Part shown: one piece after another, positions 10,824-20,829 of the stretch
How the letters are laid out: each line of letters starts with the position of its first letter
How positions within the stretch are numbered: position 1 is the stretch's first letter
Origin: an uncultured delta proteobacterium
GTDB lineage: Bacteria; Desulfobacterota; Binatia; UBA9968
Reading direction: 5' to 3'
NCBI GenBank assembly: GCA_963847445.1
Contig: CAWJZV010000030.1
Location: 32,001 to 96,000 of the forward strand
Length of the DNA: 64,000 nucleotides
Notes under the pieces: generated by a model
Told to the model about the DNA's origin: nothing
Seen by the model: the letters and a program-made list of their open reading frames with translations, nothing else
Databases searched by the model: none
Program-made: the position numbers and the translations under genes

Positions 10824-13247
10824 TTCGTAGGCAACCGTTCACGCAGCAAAGAAGGGCCGCGCCATGTCACCGGCCGCGGTCTTTTCACCGATGATTTCAC
10901 AATTGCCCGGCATGCTCCAGGCGATGATTCTGCGCAGTCCGCACGCCCATGCGAAAATACTTTCCGTCGATGCCTCGGAAGCGCTCAACCAGCCCAACGT
11001 GTTTGCCGTGGTCACCCCCGACGATGTCAAAAAACTGACCAAGCCCTTCAAGCCCGGCCGCTATGCCGCCGGTTTGAAAAGACCAATTGACGAGTACGCC
11101 GGCGCCGTCGACAAGGTCCGCTATGTCGGCGAGCCCATCGGCGCGGTGGCGGCATGGGATCGCGGCACGGCGGAAGATGCTCTCGAATTGATCCAAGTCG
11201 ACTACGAGCCGCTGCGCCCCAACGTCGACGTGCACGAAGCGATCAAGCCGTCGTCGGCGGCTTTATTCGACGAGCTCGGCACCAATCTGGCCTGGACCGG
11301 TTCGCTGCAATACGGCGACATCGACGCTGCGTTCAAGTCCGCCGATCGCGTCGTCACCGAGAAATCTGAAAATTCATCGCTACAGCTCGACGCCGTTGGA
11401 ACCCTTCAACGTCATCGCCTCCTTTGACGCCGCGAGCAAACGCTTGACCGTGTGGGTGACGGCGCAGGTGCCGGAAGTGATTTACGACGGCCTGCGCGAA
11501 GCGCTTGGGGCTGCAAGACGTTCGCGTGATCATTCCCGATGTCGGCGGCGGCTTCGGCCAGAAGATTCATTTGATTCGCAAATACGTCGTGCTGGTGTCG
11601 CTCTTGGCGATGAAAACCGGCCGGCCGGTGAAATGGATCGAGGACCGCACCGAGCACATGATGGCCGGCGGCCATGCCTGCGCTCAGGAAGTCGAAGCCG
11701 AAGCGGCGGTGAAGAACGACGGCACGGTGCTCGGTCTCAAATTCAAAGAATATGATGACGTCGGCGGCTCGATCAGCACGCTGACGATTCACTTCACCAA
11801 CAAGCTCAACAATCTGTCGAACACCTACAAGACGCCGGCCATCTACATGGAAGGCAATGCGGTGGTGACCAACAAGTGCCCGGTCATTCCCAACCGCGGC
11901 ATCGGCAAGCCGGGCATGTGCTTCATCTGGGAACGGATGATGGACCGGGTGGCCCAGGCGCTGAACTTGAGCCCCATCGAAGTGCGCCGGAAAAATCTCA
12001 TCCAGGCCAACGAGATGCCCTACACGCACCATCAGCGGCAACGTCTACGACAGCGGCGATTACCCCGGCCTGCTGAAAACGCTTTTGGAGAAAATCGACT
12101 ACGACAAGCTGCGCGAAGAGCAGAAAACAAGCGCGCGAACAAGGCAAGCTGATCGGCATCGGCATCGTCATCGGCGTCGAGCCCGGCGGGCGCAATGCGG
12201 CGCGCGACATGGCGATCTTTCCCGAGATGAAAGAACCGCCCGGCTCCGGCGGCGTCAACGGCGCGAAAATTAAACTGGAGAAAAACGGCACGCTGTCGCT
12301 CCACTTGGGCTCGCCCAACTGCGGCCAGGCGCATGAGACGACGACGGCGCAGGTCGCCGCCGATATTCTCGGTTCGACGCCGGATAAGATTCAGCACCAG
12401 CATCCCCTTCGACAGCGATCTGTCGTCCTGGGGCGTGGCCGCGGCCAATAGCGGCAATAACTTTCACTTATACGATATCGGCGCGATCCACGGCGCAGCG
12501 ACCAAGCTGCGCGAGAAGATTCTCAAGCTCGCCGCTTTCAATCTCAAAGCCGAACCGTCCGAACTGATCATTGAAGACAGCGTCGTGAAAGTCCCCGGCG
12601 CGGCGGCGAAACAAATCACCTTCGCCGAGTTGGGCCGCATCGCCTACAACAACCAGCATCTGATCCCCGACGACATGGAACCGGGGCTAGAGGCGACCTT
12701 CTACTACATGTTTCCCCACGCCAAACCGAACATCGTGCCCGGCGCCGACCGCAAGGTGCGCGCGCAGTTTACCTTTTCCGCCGGCGCCCATGCGGCCATC
12801 GTCGAAGTCGACAAGAACACCGGCGCGGTGCATGTGCTGCGCTATTTGATCGTCGGCGACAACGGCACGGTGATCAATCCCGATGTCGTCAACGGCCAGG
12901 TTTACGGCTCGGCGGCCCACGGCATCGCCGTCGCCCTGGGCGAGGGTTTCATGTACAGCCCCGAGGGCCAGCCGCTGACGATCACCTATCTCGACTACGG
13001 CAAATGCTCGACGGCGGAGACGCCGCGCGTCGAAGTCATCCATCAGCCCTCGCCGTCGCCGTTCACCTCGCTGGGCCAGAAAGCCGCCGGCGAAGGCGCG
13101 GCGATCCCCTCGCCCGCCGCCATCGCCAGCGCCGTCGAGGATGCCTTGCAGCCCTACGGCGTGAAAGTTTGCGAGTTGCCGATCACACCCGAAGCGGTGT
13201 GGCGCTTGATCAATCACAATCCGGAAAAAGAGCGGAGGACTTTCTAG
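10815..13247 (+). CDS. Xanthine dehydrogenase/CoxL-like large subunit, several frameshifts
   Basis: [28 protein letters not shown] loop, [15 protein letters not shown]. Confidence 0.92.
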
Positions 13248-13249
13248 TC

Positions 13250-14110
13250 ATGATTCCCGGCTCTTTCGAATACTTTGCGCCCCGTTCTCTCGACCGATGC
13301 GGTAAAGTTCCTGGCGGATCATCGCGACGATGTAAAAATTCTCTCCGGCGGGCAGAGCTTGCTGCCGCTGATGAAGATGCGCTTGTCAAAGCCCGCCTAC
13401 ATCGTCGACATCGGCCGCATCCCCGGCTTGGATACGATCAGCGAAGACGGCAACAATCTCATCATCGGCGCGCTGGTCACCCACGAACAGATCGAATATT
13501 CCGACCTGCTCAAGGTTAAATGCCCGCTGCTGCCGCAAACCGCCACGACCATCGCCGACGTGCAGGTGCGCAACCGCGGCACCATCGGCGGCAGCATCGC
13601 CCACGCCGATCCGGCCGGCGATTGGCCGGCTGCGGTCATCGCCCTTGACGCCGAGATTCGCGTCTTCGGTCCCAGCGGCGAGCGTTGGGTCAAGTGTGAC
13701 GACTTCTTTCTCGGCTTGCTTGATGAGTGTGCTCGGAACCGGATGAGATCGTCACTGGAATCAAAGTGCCGGTGACCGGCAGCGACAAGACCGCCTATCA
13801 GAAAGCCGCGCCACGCTCTTCCGGCTTCGCCGTCACCGGCGTCGCCGTGCGTTTGGCGGTCGATGCCGCCGGCACATGCAGCCGCGCGGCCATCGGCATC
13901 ACCGGCGTCGGCGACAAGGCTTACCGCCCCGAGCGCACCGAGCAGATGTTAACCGGCAAGAAGCTCGACGCGAAATTGATCGAGGACGCGGCCGCCGAGT
14001 CGACGCGCAATATCGAAGTCATCGAAGACATCAACGGCTCGTCGGAATACCGCGCCCATCTGACTCATGTCTACGTCGTTCGCGCGATACAAGAAGCATT
14101 GAGCCGATAG
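13250..14110 (+). CDS. Mo-hydroxylase FAD-binding medium subunit, frameshifted
   Basis: LSGGQSLLPLMKMR, VRNRGTIGGSIAHADPAGD, EDINGSSEYRAHL. Confidence 0.93.
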
Positions 14111-14163
14111 CGGCAACCTACGGCAATTGATGTGGAGGCGCAGCATGCTGCGCCCTGGCCTTT

Positions 14164-15048
14164 TCACATAACCTGGCGGCGCAGGTAGGCGCTGATGTAA
14201 TCGACAATCGTCACCAAAATGTAAATCGCTATGATTAAGGTCAGCAACTGCTGCTCAAAAAATAAGCTGATGGCGATATGGATGCGCTGGCCTAAACCGC
14301 CGGCGCCAACCAGCCCCAACACCGCGGCCATGCGAATGTTAACTTCCCAGCGATAAAGCGTGTAGGAAATAAACTGCGGCAGCACCTGCGGCACGATGCC
14401 GTAGAATAATATTTGCAACCGATTCGCCCCGGTGGCTTGGAGCGCTTCGATGGGCTGGGAATCGACGTTTTCCAGCACTTCACCGAAGAGTTTGCCAAGC
14501 ACGCCGCCGGTGTGAACGCCGAGGGCGAGGACCCCCGGAAACGGCCCGAGGCCGACGAGAAATACAAAGATCAACGCCCACACCATCTCCGGCACCGTGC
14601 GCAGTATATTGAGCAGGCTCTTCGCCGCGAGATAGGGCACGATGCGCGCCTTGCGCCGCCAACCCTGTTTGGGCTCCATCTCATAGAGCAAACCGGAAAA
14701 TATTAAGTTGCGCGAAGCGAAAAATACCACTGACAGCGCGATGGCCACGGCCAGGAGCGTTCCCATGAAGGAAATCGCGAAGGTCTCAATGCTCCCCTTC
14801 ATCGCCTCGTGCAAGACGTTGGGCGAAAGATCCGGTGGCAGCAATTTTTTTATGTAGATGAGGATCTGTCCGAAGCTGTCGGCGCTGAAGAGCTGCGCCA
14901 GATCGATGCCCGCGCCGCGATAGCTCCAGATAAGAAAGGCGCCAAAGGCCAAACCGATGGCAGCGTTCTTCCATGTCGAGGGCGTGGCAGCACGGGCGCG
15001 GGTCGGCGGAATCGTCTCACAAGCGTTCGGCAGCGGCGACGGGCTCAT
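14164..15048 (-). CDS. PhnE/PtxC-family ABC permease (putative selenate/oxyanion transporter)
   Basis: LRTVPEMVWALIFV, GLGPFPGVLALGVHTGGVLGKLFGE, YRWEVNIR. Confidence 0.9.
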   Translation of the reverse strand: MSPSPLPNACETIPPTRARAATPSTWKNAAIGLAFGAFLIWSYRGAGIDLAQLFSADSFGQILIYIKKLLPPDLSPNVLHEAMKGSIETFAISFMGTLLAVAIALSVVFFASRNLIFSGLLYEMEPKQGWRRKARIVPYLAAKSLLNILRTVPEMVWALIFVFLVGLGPFPGVLALGVHTGGVLGKLFGEVLENVDSQPIEALQATGANRLQILFYGIVPQVLPQFISYTLYRWEVNIRMAAVLGLVGAGGLGQRIHIAISLFFEQQLLTLIIAIYILVTIVDYISAYLRRQVM

Positions 15049-15899
15049 AGCATGGCACGCACTTTCGCGCTCAAGTAATCCACTGCGGCAACCATCAGAA
15101 ACAACATGATCAAGATCGTCAGCACTTCATTGAAATTGAACATGCGCATGGAGATTTCGATCTGCTGGCCCAAGCCGCCGGCGCCGACCAAGCCTAAAAT
15201 TGCCGAGGCGCGCACAGCGCACTCCCAGCGATACAGCGTATAGGAAACGAAATTGGGCAGCGCCTGGGGAAACCAGCCATAGAAAAACACCTGCAGCTTA
15301 TTTGCCCCGGTGGCCTGCAACGCTTCCAGAGGCCGGGAATTCACCGACTCGAAGATCTCTGAATAGACTTTGCCGAGCATGCCGCCGTAGGCGACCCCGA
15401 TGGCGAGCACGCCGGGAAACGGCCCCAAGCCGACGGCGCGAACGAACATGAAGGCCCAGACGAATTCCGGTATTGAGCGGAATAGACTCAGCAAGCCGCG
15501 CGCGACCAGATAGATGCCCTGACGTAGACCCCGGCGTAGGGGCGCGCCTTGGAGCTCGGCATCGTTGAGGATGCCGCCGACGACCAGCGTATGGGTGCCC
15601 AACAGTCCGAGTGGAAAACCGATCAGAACCGCGATCGCCGTGCCCCAGATAGAGATTTGAATAGTCTCTAAAGCCGGACGCAGCATCAAGGATAGAAAAT
15701 TCCACGAGACCTCCGGCGGAAACATGCCGGTAAGAAATTTCCCCAACGACGCGCGCCCGCGGTTGGAAAAAAACAGCTCCGGCTCGATCCCCGCCCTTCT
15801 CCAACTGTCGACGAATACTATTACGAAGAGAGCCGCGAAAAGATAGGGAAAGTAGGCTTTAGCTGAGCGAAGGGTAAGCGATGGGCTCGATGGTTTCAC
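15045..15899 (-). CDS. PhnE/PtxC-family ABC permease (second copy)
   Basis: RSIPEFVWA, GMLGKVYSEIFE, YRWECAVRAS. Confidence 0.9.
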   Translation of the reverse strand: MKPSSPSLTLRSAKAYFPYLFAALFVIVFVDSWRRAGIEPELFFSNRGRASLGKFLTGMFPPEVSWNFLSLMLRPALETIQISIWGTAIAVLIGFPLGLLGTHTLVVGGILNDAELQGAPLRRGLRQGIYLVARGLLSLFRSIPEFVWAFMFVRAVGLGPFPGVLAIGVAYGGMLGKVYSEIFESVNSRPLEALQATGANKLQVFFYGWFPQALPNFVSYTLYRWECAVRASAILGLVGAGGLGQQIEISMRMFNFNEVLTILIMLFLMVAAVDYLSAKVRAML

Positions 15900-16683
15900 G
15901 CGCGGTCTCGGTCACGGCAGGGTCGCGAAAATTGCCGGAGTACAAATCCTCTAACATATCCTCGCCGATCTTGTCAGGGGACAGATCGAAAGTTACCCGG
16001 CCCTGCTTGATGCCAACGACGCGAGGGAAATAGGCGAGCGCGAGGTCGACACTGTGCAGGCTGACCAGCAAAGTCTTGCGCGTGTTTTGGCTGATATCGA
16101 CCAACAGCCGAACAATCGACGAAGCCAGGGTGGGGTCGACGGATGAAACCGGCTCATCGGCAAGAATAACTTCAGGGTCCTGCACCAAGACACGGGCGAT
16201 CGCGACTCGCTGCTGTTGGCCGCCGGAGAGCTCATCGGTACGCTCAAAAATCTTCTCGGGGATTTCCACTTGGCTGAGCGCGCTGTGGACAAGTTCGACA
16301 TCGGCTGGCTTGCACAAAGACAAGAGCGACCGCAGCGTCGGCCAGCGGCCCAATTGGCCGGCTAGGACGTTATGAATCACGCGCAGGCGCGGCACTAGAT
16401 TATGCTGTTGGTAAACGCTGCCGATGCGGCGCCGCACATGGCGTAAACGCTGGCCATGCAATAAGTCAATATCTTCGCCGTCAATATAAAGTTTTCCCGA
16501 AGTCGGCCGGAGCGTGCAGTTGAGCAGACGAAACAGCGTGGTCTTGCCGGCGCCGCTGGGACCGATCAGGGCGACTTTCTCGCCCTGATCGATCTTTAGA
16601 TCGATGCCGTCGAGCGCCACCTGAAGGCGGCCAAACTCCTTGCGTACGGATTCGAGTTGATATTGCCGGGCCGGGGTGTTCAC
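15859..16683 (-). CDS. PhnC-family ABC ATP-binding protein
   Basis: [37 protein letters not shown]. Confidence 0.93.
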   Translation of the reverse strand: MNTPARQYQLESVRKEFGRLQVALDGIDLKIDQGEKVALIGPSGAGKTTLFRLLNCTLRPTSGKLYIDGEDIDLLHGQRLRHVRRRIGSVYQQHNLVPRLRVIHNVLAGQLGRWPTLRSLLSLCKPADVELVHSALSQVEIPEKIFERTDELSGGQQQRVAIARVLVQDPEVILADEPVSSVDPTLASSIVRLLVDISQNTRKTLLVSLHSVDLALAYFPRVVGIKQGRVTFDLSPDKIGEDMLEDLYSGNFRDPAVTETARETIEPIAYPSLS

Positions 16684-16688
16684 GCGAT

Positions 16689-17546
16689 TTACTTGAACAG
16701 GCCAGCCGCCACCGCCGCCTCTTCGATGCCCTTCCAGTCCGCATCCTTGGCGACGATGTAGCCCTTGGTGCGGTGCAGGTCGAGAAGCTTTTTGTCGTCG
16801 GGTTTGTTGTAGTCGAGTTTGAGAAACGCTTTGGTGATTTTTTCGACCGTAGCCTTGTCGACACCGGCGCGCACGGTCCAGACGTAATCGACATAAGGCG
16901 GCGTGGTCCAGAAAATATTCACCTTGCTGGTATCGACCTTTTTGGTTTCGACGAGCTTATCCCAAACCAAGAAATTCAACGCGCCGGCATCCACCTGGCC
17001 GGATTCGACCCAAGCGGCAGTCGCATCGTGGGCACCGCTAAAGCTGAACTTGGAAAAATCTTTTTCCGGGTTGACGCCGCCTTTGATCAAGAAGTAGCGC
17101 GGCATCAGATGCCCGGAAGTGGAACTGACGCTGCCGAATGCAAAGGTTTTGCCCTTTAAATCTTTCAGACCTTTGATGCCCGTGTCCTTTCGGGTGATAA
17201 AGTGGCTCTTAAACTCGGCGTCCTCTTTGCGCATGATGACACGGTGCGCGCCTTTGGCCTGCTTGGCAGCTTGCACAGACGTCAAGCCGCCGTACCAAAC
17301 CATTTCCAGGCGATTGGCGGCGAGACCTTCAACCGTCGCGGCGTAATCGACCACGGGAGTGAATTTGACTGGAATGCCGATCTCCTTGGTCAAATAATCG
17401 GCAAACGGCGCATAGATGCGCAGCATCTCCTGCGGGTTTTCATCGGGAATCGCCGATATTCGTAATTCCTTCAACCCCTGGGCTTGCGTGCTAGCCCAAC
17501 CCAAAGAGATTGCCAGAGCCGCCGCAAAAAATACTACTCGCTTCAT
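16689..17546 (-). CDS. PhnD-family substrate-binding protein, resembling the putative selenate ABC transporter SBP subfamily
   Basis: Signal peptide, LRISAIPDENP, WYGGLTSVQA, STSGHLMPRYFL, FSGAHDAT, TPPYVDYVW; RBS AAGGGGGAG. Confidence 0.8.
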   Translation of the reverse strand: MKRVVFFAAALAISLGWASTQAQGLKELRISAIPDENPQEMLRIYAPFADYLTKEIGIPVKFTPVVDYAATVEGLAANRLEMVWYGGLTSVQAAKQAKGAHRVIMRKEDAEFKSHFITRKDTGIKGLKDLKGKTFAFGSVSSTSGHLMPRYFLIKGGVNPEKDFSKFSFSGAHDATAAWVESGQVDAGALNFLVWDKLVETKKVDTSKVNIFWTTPPYVDYVWTVRAGVDKATVEKITKAFLKLDYNKPDDKKLLDLHRTKGYIVAKDADWKGIEEAAVAAGLFK

Positions 17547-17594
17547 GATCTCCCCCTTATAAATATCGCTCACAATCGTGACCCATGTTAGATA

Positions 17595-17631
17595 ACAGAG
17601 ACAGCCTATAAGTCAAATCGATTTTATCTAT
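17595..17631. promoter_or_regulatory. Two LysR-type boxes (ACAG-N7-CTAT 17595-17609; ATCG-N7-CTAT 17617-17631) overlapping a TTGACT -35-like hexamer
   Basis: One-mismatch matches to the ATAG-N7-CTAT seen at 20771 and 22310; 22-bp spacing. Confidence 0.6.
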
Positions 17632-17713
17632 CGGTGCCGAGCGAACAAAGGCAGCGGCTACGCTCCCGTGCAATAGCCGGTTGCCCAGGACGTGCAAGCC
17701 GTCCGGCGGCGCG

Positions 17714-18185
17714 CTAACTTTGCGCTTTCAGAAAATCCATCACGGCTTCAGGATGCTCCTCGGCCTTTTTAACAGTCGTCCAGTGCTTGATCACGTCGCC
17801 TTTGGGATCGATCACGACCGTGGAACGGATCGTGCCCTGCACCTCTTTGCCGTACATCATCTTCTTGCCGAAGGCGCCGTATTTTTTCATCACCTCGGTC
17901 TTGGGATCTGAAAGCAATATGAAGGGCAATTTATAACTTCTCGACGAACTTGTTGTGGGACTCGATGCTATCCTTACTGACACCGAGAACGACCGTTCCG
18001 GATTTCTTCAATGCAGCATTCAAATCGCGAAATCCGCAGGCTTCTTTGGTGCAACCGGGCGTGTTGTCCTTTGGATAAAAATAAATCACCACGGTTTTGC
18101 CTTTGTAGTCGTCCAGTGAATGCGTCTTGCCATCGTTGCCTTCCAGGCTAAATGCCGGCGCTTTCTTGCCTTCTAAACTTGCCAT
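17714..18185 (-). CDS. bcp: Peroxiredoxin BCP/PrxQ, Cys form (frameshift ~17935)
   Basis: [37 protein letters not shown]. Confidence 0.93.
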
Positions 18186-18252
18186 CGGTTTATTCCTCCT
18201 AGACTTGTCGAACGGATATTCAAAACGCTGATGAATTATTTAGCACCGCCGG

Positions 18253-19053
18253 TCAAACTAACGAAACCCGCTCGGCCTTGTGCGCCATCGCGCGTATCGG
18301 ATCGTAGTCGTGATCATCGGCGGCGGTAAAACGCAACCATCGGCCATCCGCGAGGACCTTGCGGCCAGCGGGATCGAGATGCATCTCGACGAGCAACTGG
18401 CGCAGCGCCTGCCGTTGGGATGCCGCAACCTGGCGCGAGATCACCCAGGGCGGAATCGGACTCGGCCCGATGGTGTCGATCACGCGAATTTCATCCGCTA
18501 GATCATTTCGCTGGCCGCCGAGCCACTCCAACACGGTGCTGTCGATGGCCGCGCCGTCGACGGCTCCCGATAAGATCATTTGCAACGACTTGGTATGGGC
18601 GCCGGCTTCCACCGCCGCGGCAAAAAAATTATCGATTTCACCGAGATCGAAGAGATGCGCGCGCACGACGTTGAAACCGGAATGGGAACGCGGCTCGTTG
18701 TAAGCCCAGGTCGCGCCACGGAGGTCACGGAAAGATCGGCAAGCGCTGTCCCGCCGCACCACCACATCGGAGAAATACACCGGTCTGGATCCGTAGCGCT
18801 CTCCCACCGGTATCGGCACGGCGAGCAACTCCATACTGCTCTCGGCAAGGTCGGCCTTGTGGACGTAGGGTAATCCACAGAGCCAAAGCACTTGAATCTC
18901 GCCGCGATCGAAGAGCGCTTCACGCTCCTGCCAGGGCATGCCGGTCACATACTCCGTCGGGACATTGAGCTTCCCTTGCAGATACCCGGCGATAGCTCGA
19001 CAGAAATCTTCGGTGTTCTCCGCCATGCAGGAAGCGAGCTTTAAAGGATTCAT
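18253..19053 (-). CDS. PhnD/SsuA-fold substrate-binding-like protein without signal peptide
   Basis: WLCGLPY, RPVYFSDVVVR, AYNEPRSHSG, DGAAIDS, GPSPIPPWV; N-terminus not hydrophobic. Confidence 0.8.
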   Translation of the reverse strand: MNPLKLASCMAENTEDFCRAIAGYLQGKLNVPTEYVTGMPWQEREALFDRGEIQVLWLCGLPYVHKADLAESSMELLAVPIPVGERYGSRPVYFSDVVVRRDSACRSFRDLRGATWAYNEPRSHSGFNVVRAHLFDLGEIDNFFAAAVEAGAHTKSLQMILSGAVDGAAIDSTVLEWLGGQRNDLADEIRVIDTIGPSPIPPWVISRQVAASQRQALRQLLVEMHLDPAGRKVLADGRWLRFTAADDHDYDPIRAMAHKAERVSLV

Positions 19054-19066
19054 CGAGGCGGAACTG

Positions 19067-19348
19067 CTACTCGCTGACCGTCACGCCACGCCAAAAGGCA
19101 ACGTAGTTTTTAATCGAGCCCGCCGCCTCTTTGGGTTCTGGATAAAACCAAGCGGCATCTTGGTTGACCTGGTCGCCCACCTTGACGTGATAGTAACTGG
19201 CCAGCCCTTTCCAGGGACAAGTGCTGTGGGTGTCGCTCGGCGCGAAGCAATCTTTCTTGATCGATTCCGGCGGAAAGTAATGGTTGCCTTCGACGACGAT
19301 GGTTTCGTTTGATTCGGCGACAACCGTATTCTTCCAAACTGCTTTCAT
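19067..19348 (-). CDS. DUF427 domain protein
   Basis: VVEGNHYFPPES, STCPWKGLASYY, AAWFYPEPK, YVAFW. Confidence 0.9.
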   Translation of the reverse strand: MKAVWKNTVVAESNETIVVEGNHYFPPESIKKDCFAPSDTHSTCPWKGLASYYHVKVGDQVNQDAAWFYPEPKEAAGSIKNYVAFWRGVTVSE

Positions 19349-19374
19349 GATCAATCCTTTCGATTTACTACGGG

Positions 19375-20736
19375 TCAGTCAGTGACGCAGCGAAACTTGG
19401 CGAACACATAGGGATAGTGCGCTTGATACCAATTGCGAAAACTTGGCCGCAGCAGTGCCGCATCGGTGGCCCAGGACGCGCCTTTGACGACAAAATGTTT
19501 GCCGTCGAAAAAATCCTTGGAATAGTCGGGATAGGTCGTCATGTAGGGCGTGAACCCCGGCAGCGGTGCAAACGGTGTATCGGTCAGCTCCCAACCATTG
19601 CCGACCAGCTCTTGAACTCCCCAGCGGCTAGCACCCGCGGGATGTGAACCGACCGGCTGCGGCGACCATGCGCCAAAGTTGAAGTTGCCATGGCGGGCCG
19701 CAGGCTCGGCATCGCCCCAAGGATACGCCGACTCCCGTTCGTCTGGACCGTAGTAGGCGGCGCGCTGATATTCGGCCTCGGTCGGCAAGCGCTTGCCGCG
19801 CCACGCGGCATAGGCACGCGCTTCAGCCAGACTTACGTAGACCGGCCAACTGGCAACTTGCTCCAGCGGAAATTGGTCGAACATCGCACGGTATGACCAG
19901 GTGTCATCCTGTTTGAACCAACCGGTCGGATGTTGTTTCTTCTCAAGTTCTTTCCAGTGCCAATCATCCTCGCGCCAGTAGCGGCGCGCCGCGTAGCCAC
20001 CGGAAAGAACAAACTCGAGATATTCGCCATTGGTAACCGGCAAAGAGTCCATCGCGAAGCCTGCGACATCAACCGTGATCTCGGAGAACTCATTGTCCCA
20101 GCCAAAAGTGATATCTTCTAATCGCGCCCCCAACCGGGCTCTGCCTGGGGGAATGCGAATACTCTCCGCTCTTGCGGCGCGCCCGAATGCGTAACGGGCA
20201 AGACTCGCGCGGCCGAACTTTATCGCCGGGCGCCATCTGCTGCATCATGTAGAGCAAGGTCTCTTGATGCATGTATTCATGCTCCAAGATCAGCTCAAAG
20301 ACGCGCCCGCCTTGGGCCAACAGATCGGTAGAACGGCAATAGCCGAGCGCATCAGTCGACTCTAAGAGAGAGCGCCGGACTTTGTCACGATACTCGAGGG
20401 TCTCACCAAGGCTGGGCCATTGATCCGGTACTTCCGGGTGCCAGTGGCATTCGCCGGTGTCGACGTCGGGATCGATGCCGCGGCAGAACAGATCGTCAAA
20501 ATAAGCATTGAACAGACGGCCAGTGCAGAATGCCGCCGCAAACCTGGTTCCAGGAAAACGCCGGCAAATGACCGATATAAAAAATAAACGGATGACGCCA
20601 AACGATCGGCTTGGTCAAACGTTTGGCCGGTGCCAACGATGGCGAAAATCTTGTCTGAACGCGCCCAGGCATCGACCAACCTGTCACGCAACTGCTCGGC
20701 AGCGCTCGGACCGCGGCTCTTTAACGGCAGTGCCAT
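19375..20736 (-). CDS. EgtB/OvoA/SenA-superfamily non-heme iron sulfoxide (or selenoxide) synthase-like protein: DinB_2 + FGE-sulfatase domains, frameshifted
   Basis: RHPFIFYIGHLPAF, EHEYMHQETLLYM (His triad), FGWDNE, RLPTEAEY, LVGNGWE, RPSFRNWYQAHYPY; RBS GGAGG. Confidence 0.88.
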
Positions 20737-20748
20737 AACTCGGTACCT

Positions 20749-20785
20749 CCATTAATTAGCTATATACTAAATAGGAATTAGCTAT
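20749..20785. promoter_or_regulatory. LysR-type operator: perfect ATAG-N7-CTAT (20771-20785) plus a half-site 22 bp closer to the gene
   Basis: ATAGGAATTAGCTAT; direct repeat AATTAGCTAT at 20754-20763 and 20776-20785, immediately upstream of the egtB-like start. Confidence 0.7.
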
Positions 20786-20829
20786 GTAAGACCGCGGAGG
20801 TAAAATTTCGATGAAAAAAATGCCGCAGA

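Noticed and set aside
10347-14110. Aerobic CO dehydrogenase (coxSLM)
   Set aside because: The large subunit has PNRGIGKP, not AYRCSFR/AYRGAGR, and there are no coxDEFG genes
14164-17546. Phosphonate utilisation (phn) operon
   Set aside because: No C-P lyase, phnX/W or ptxD genes; context points to selenium, so phn symbols were not assigned
19375-20736. Canonical selenoneine (senABC) or ergothioneine (egtABCDE) cluster
   Set aside because: No glycosyltransferase, SelD, EgtD, EgtC or PLP lyase in the window
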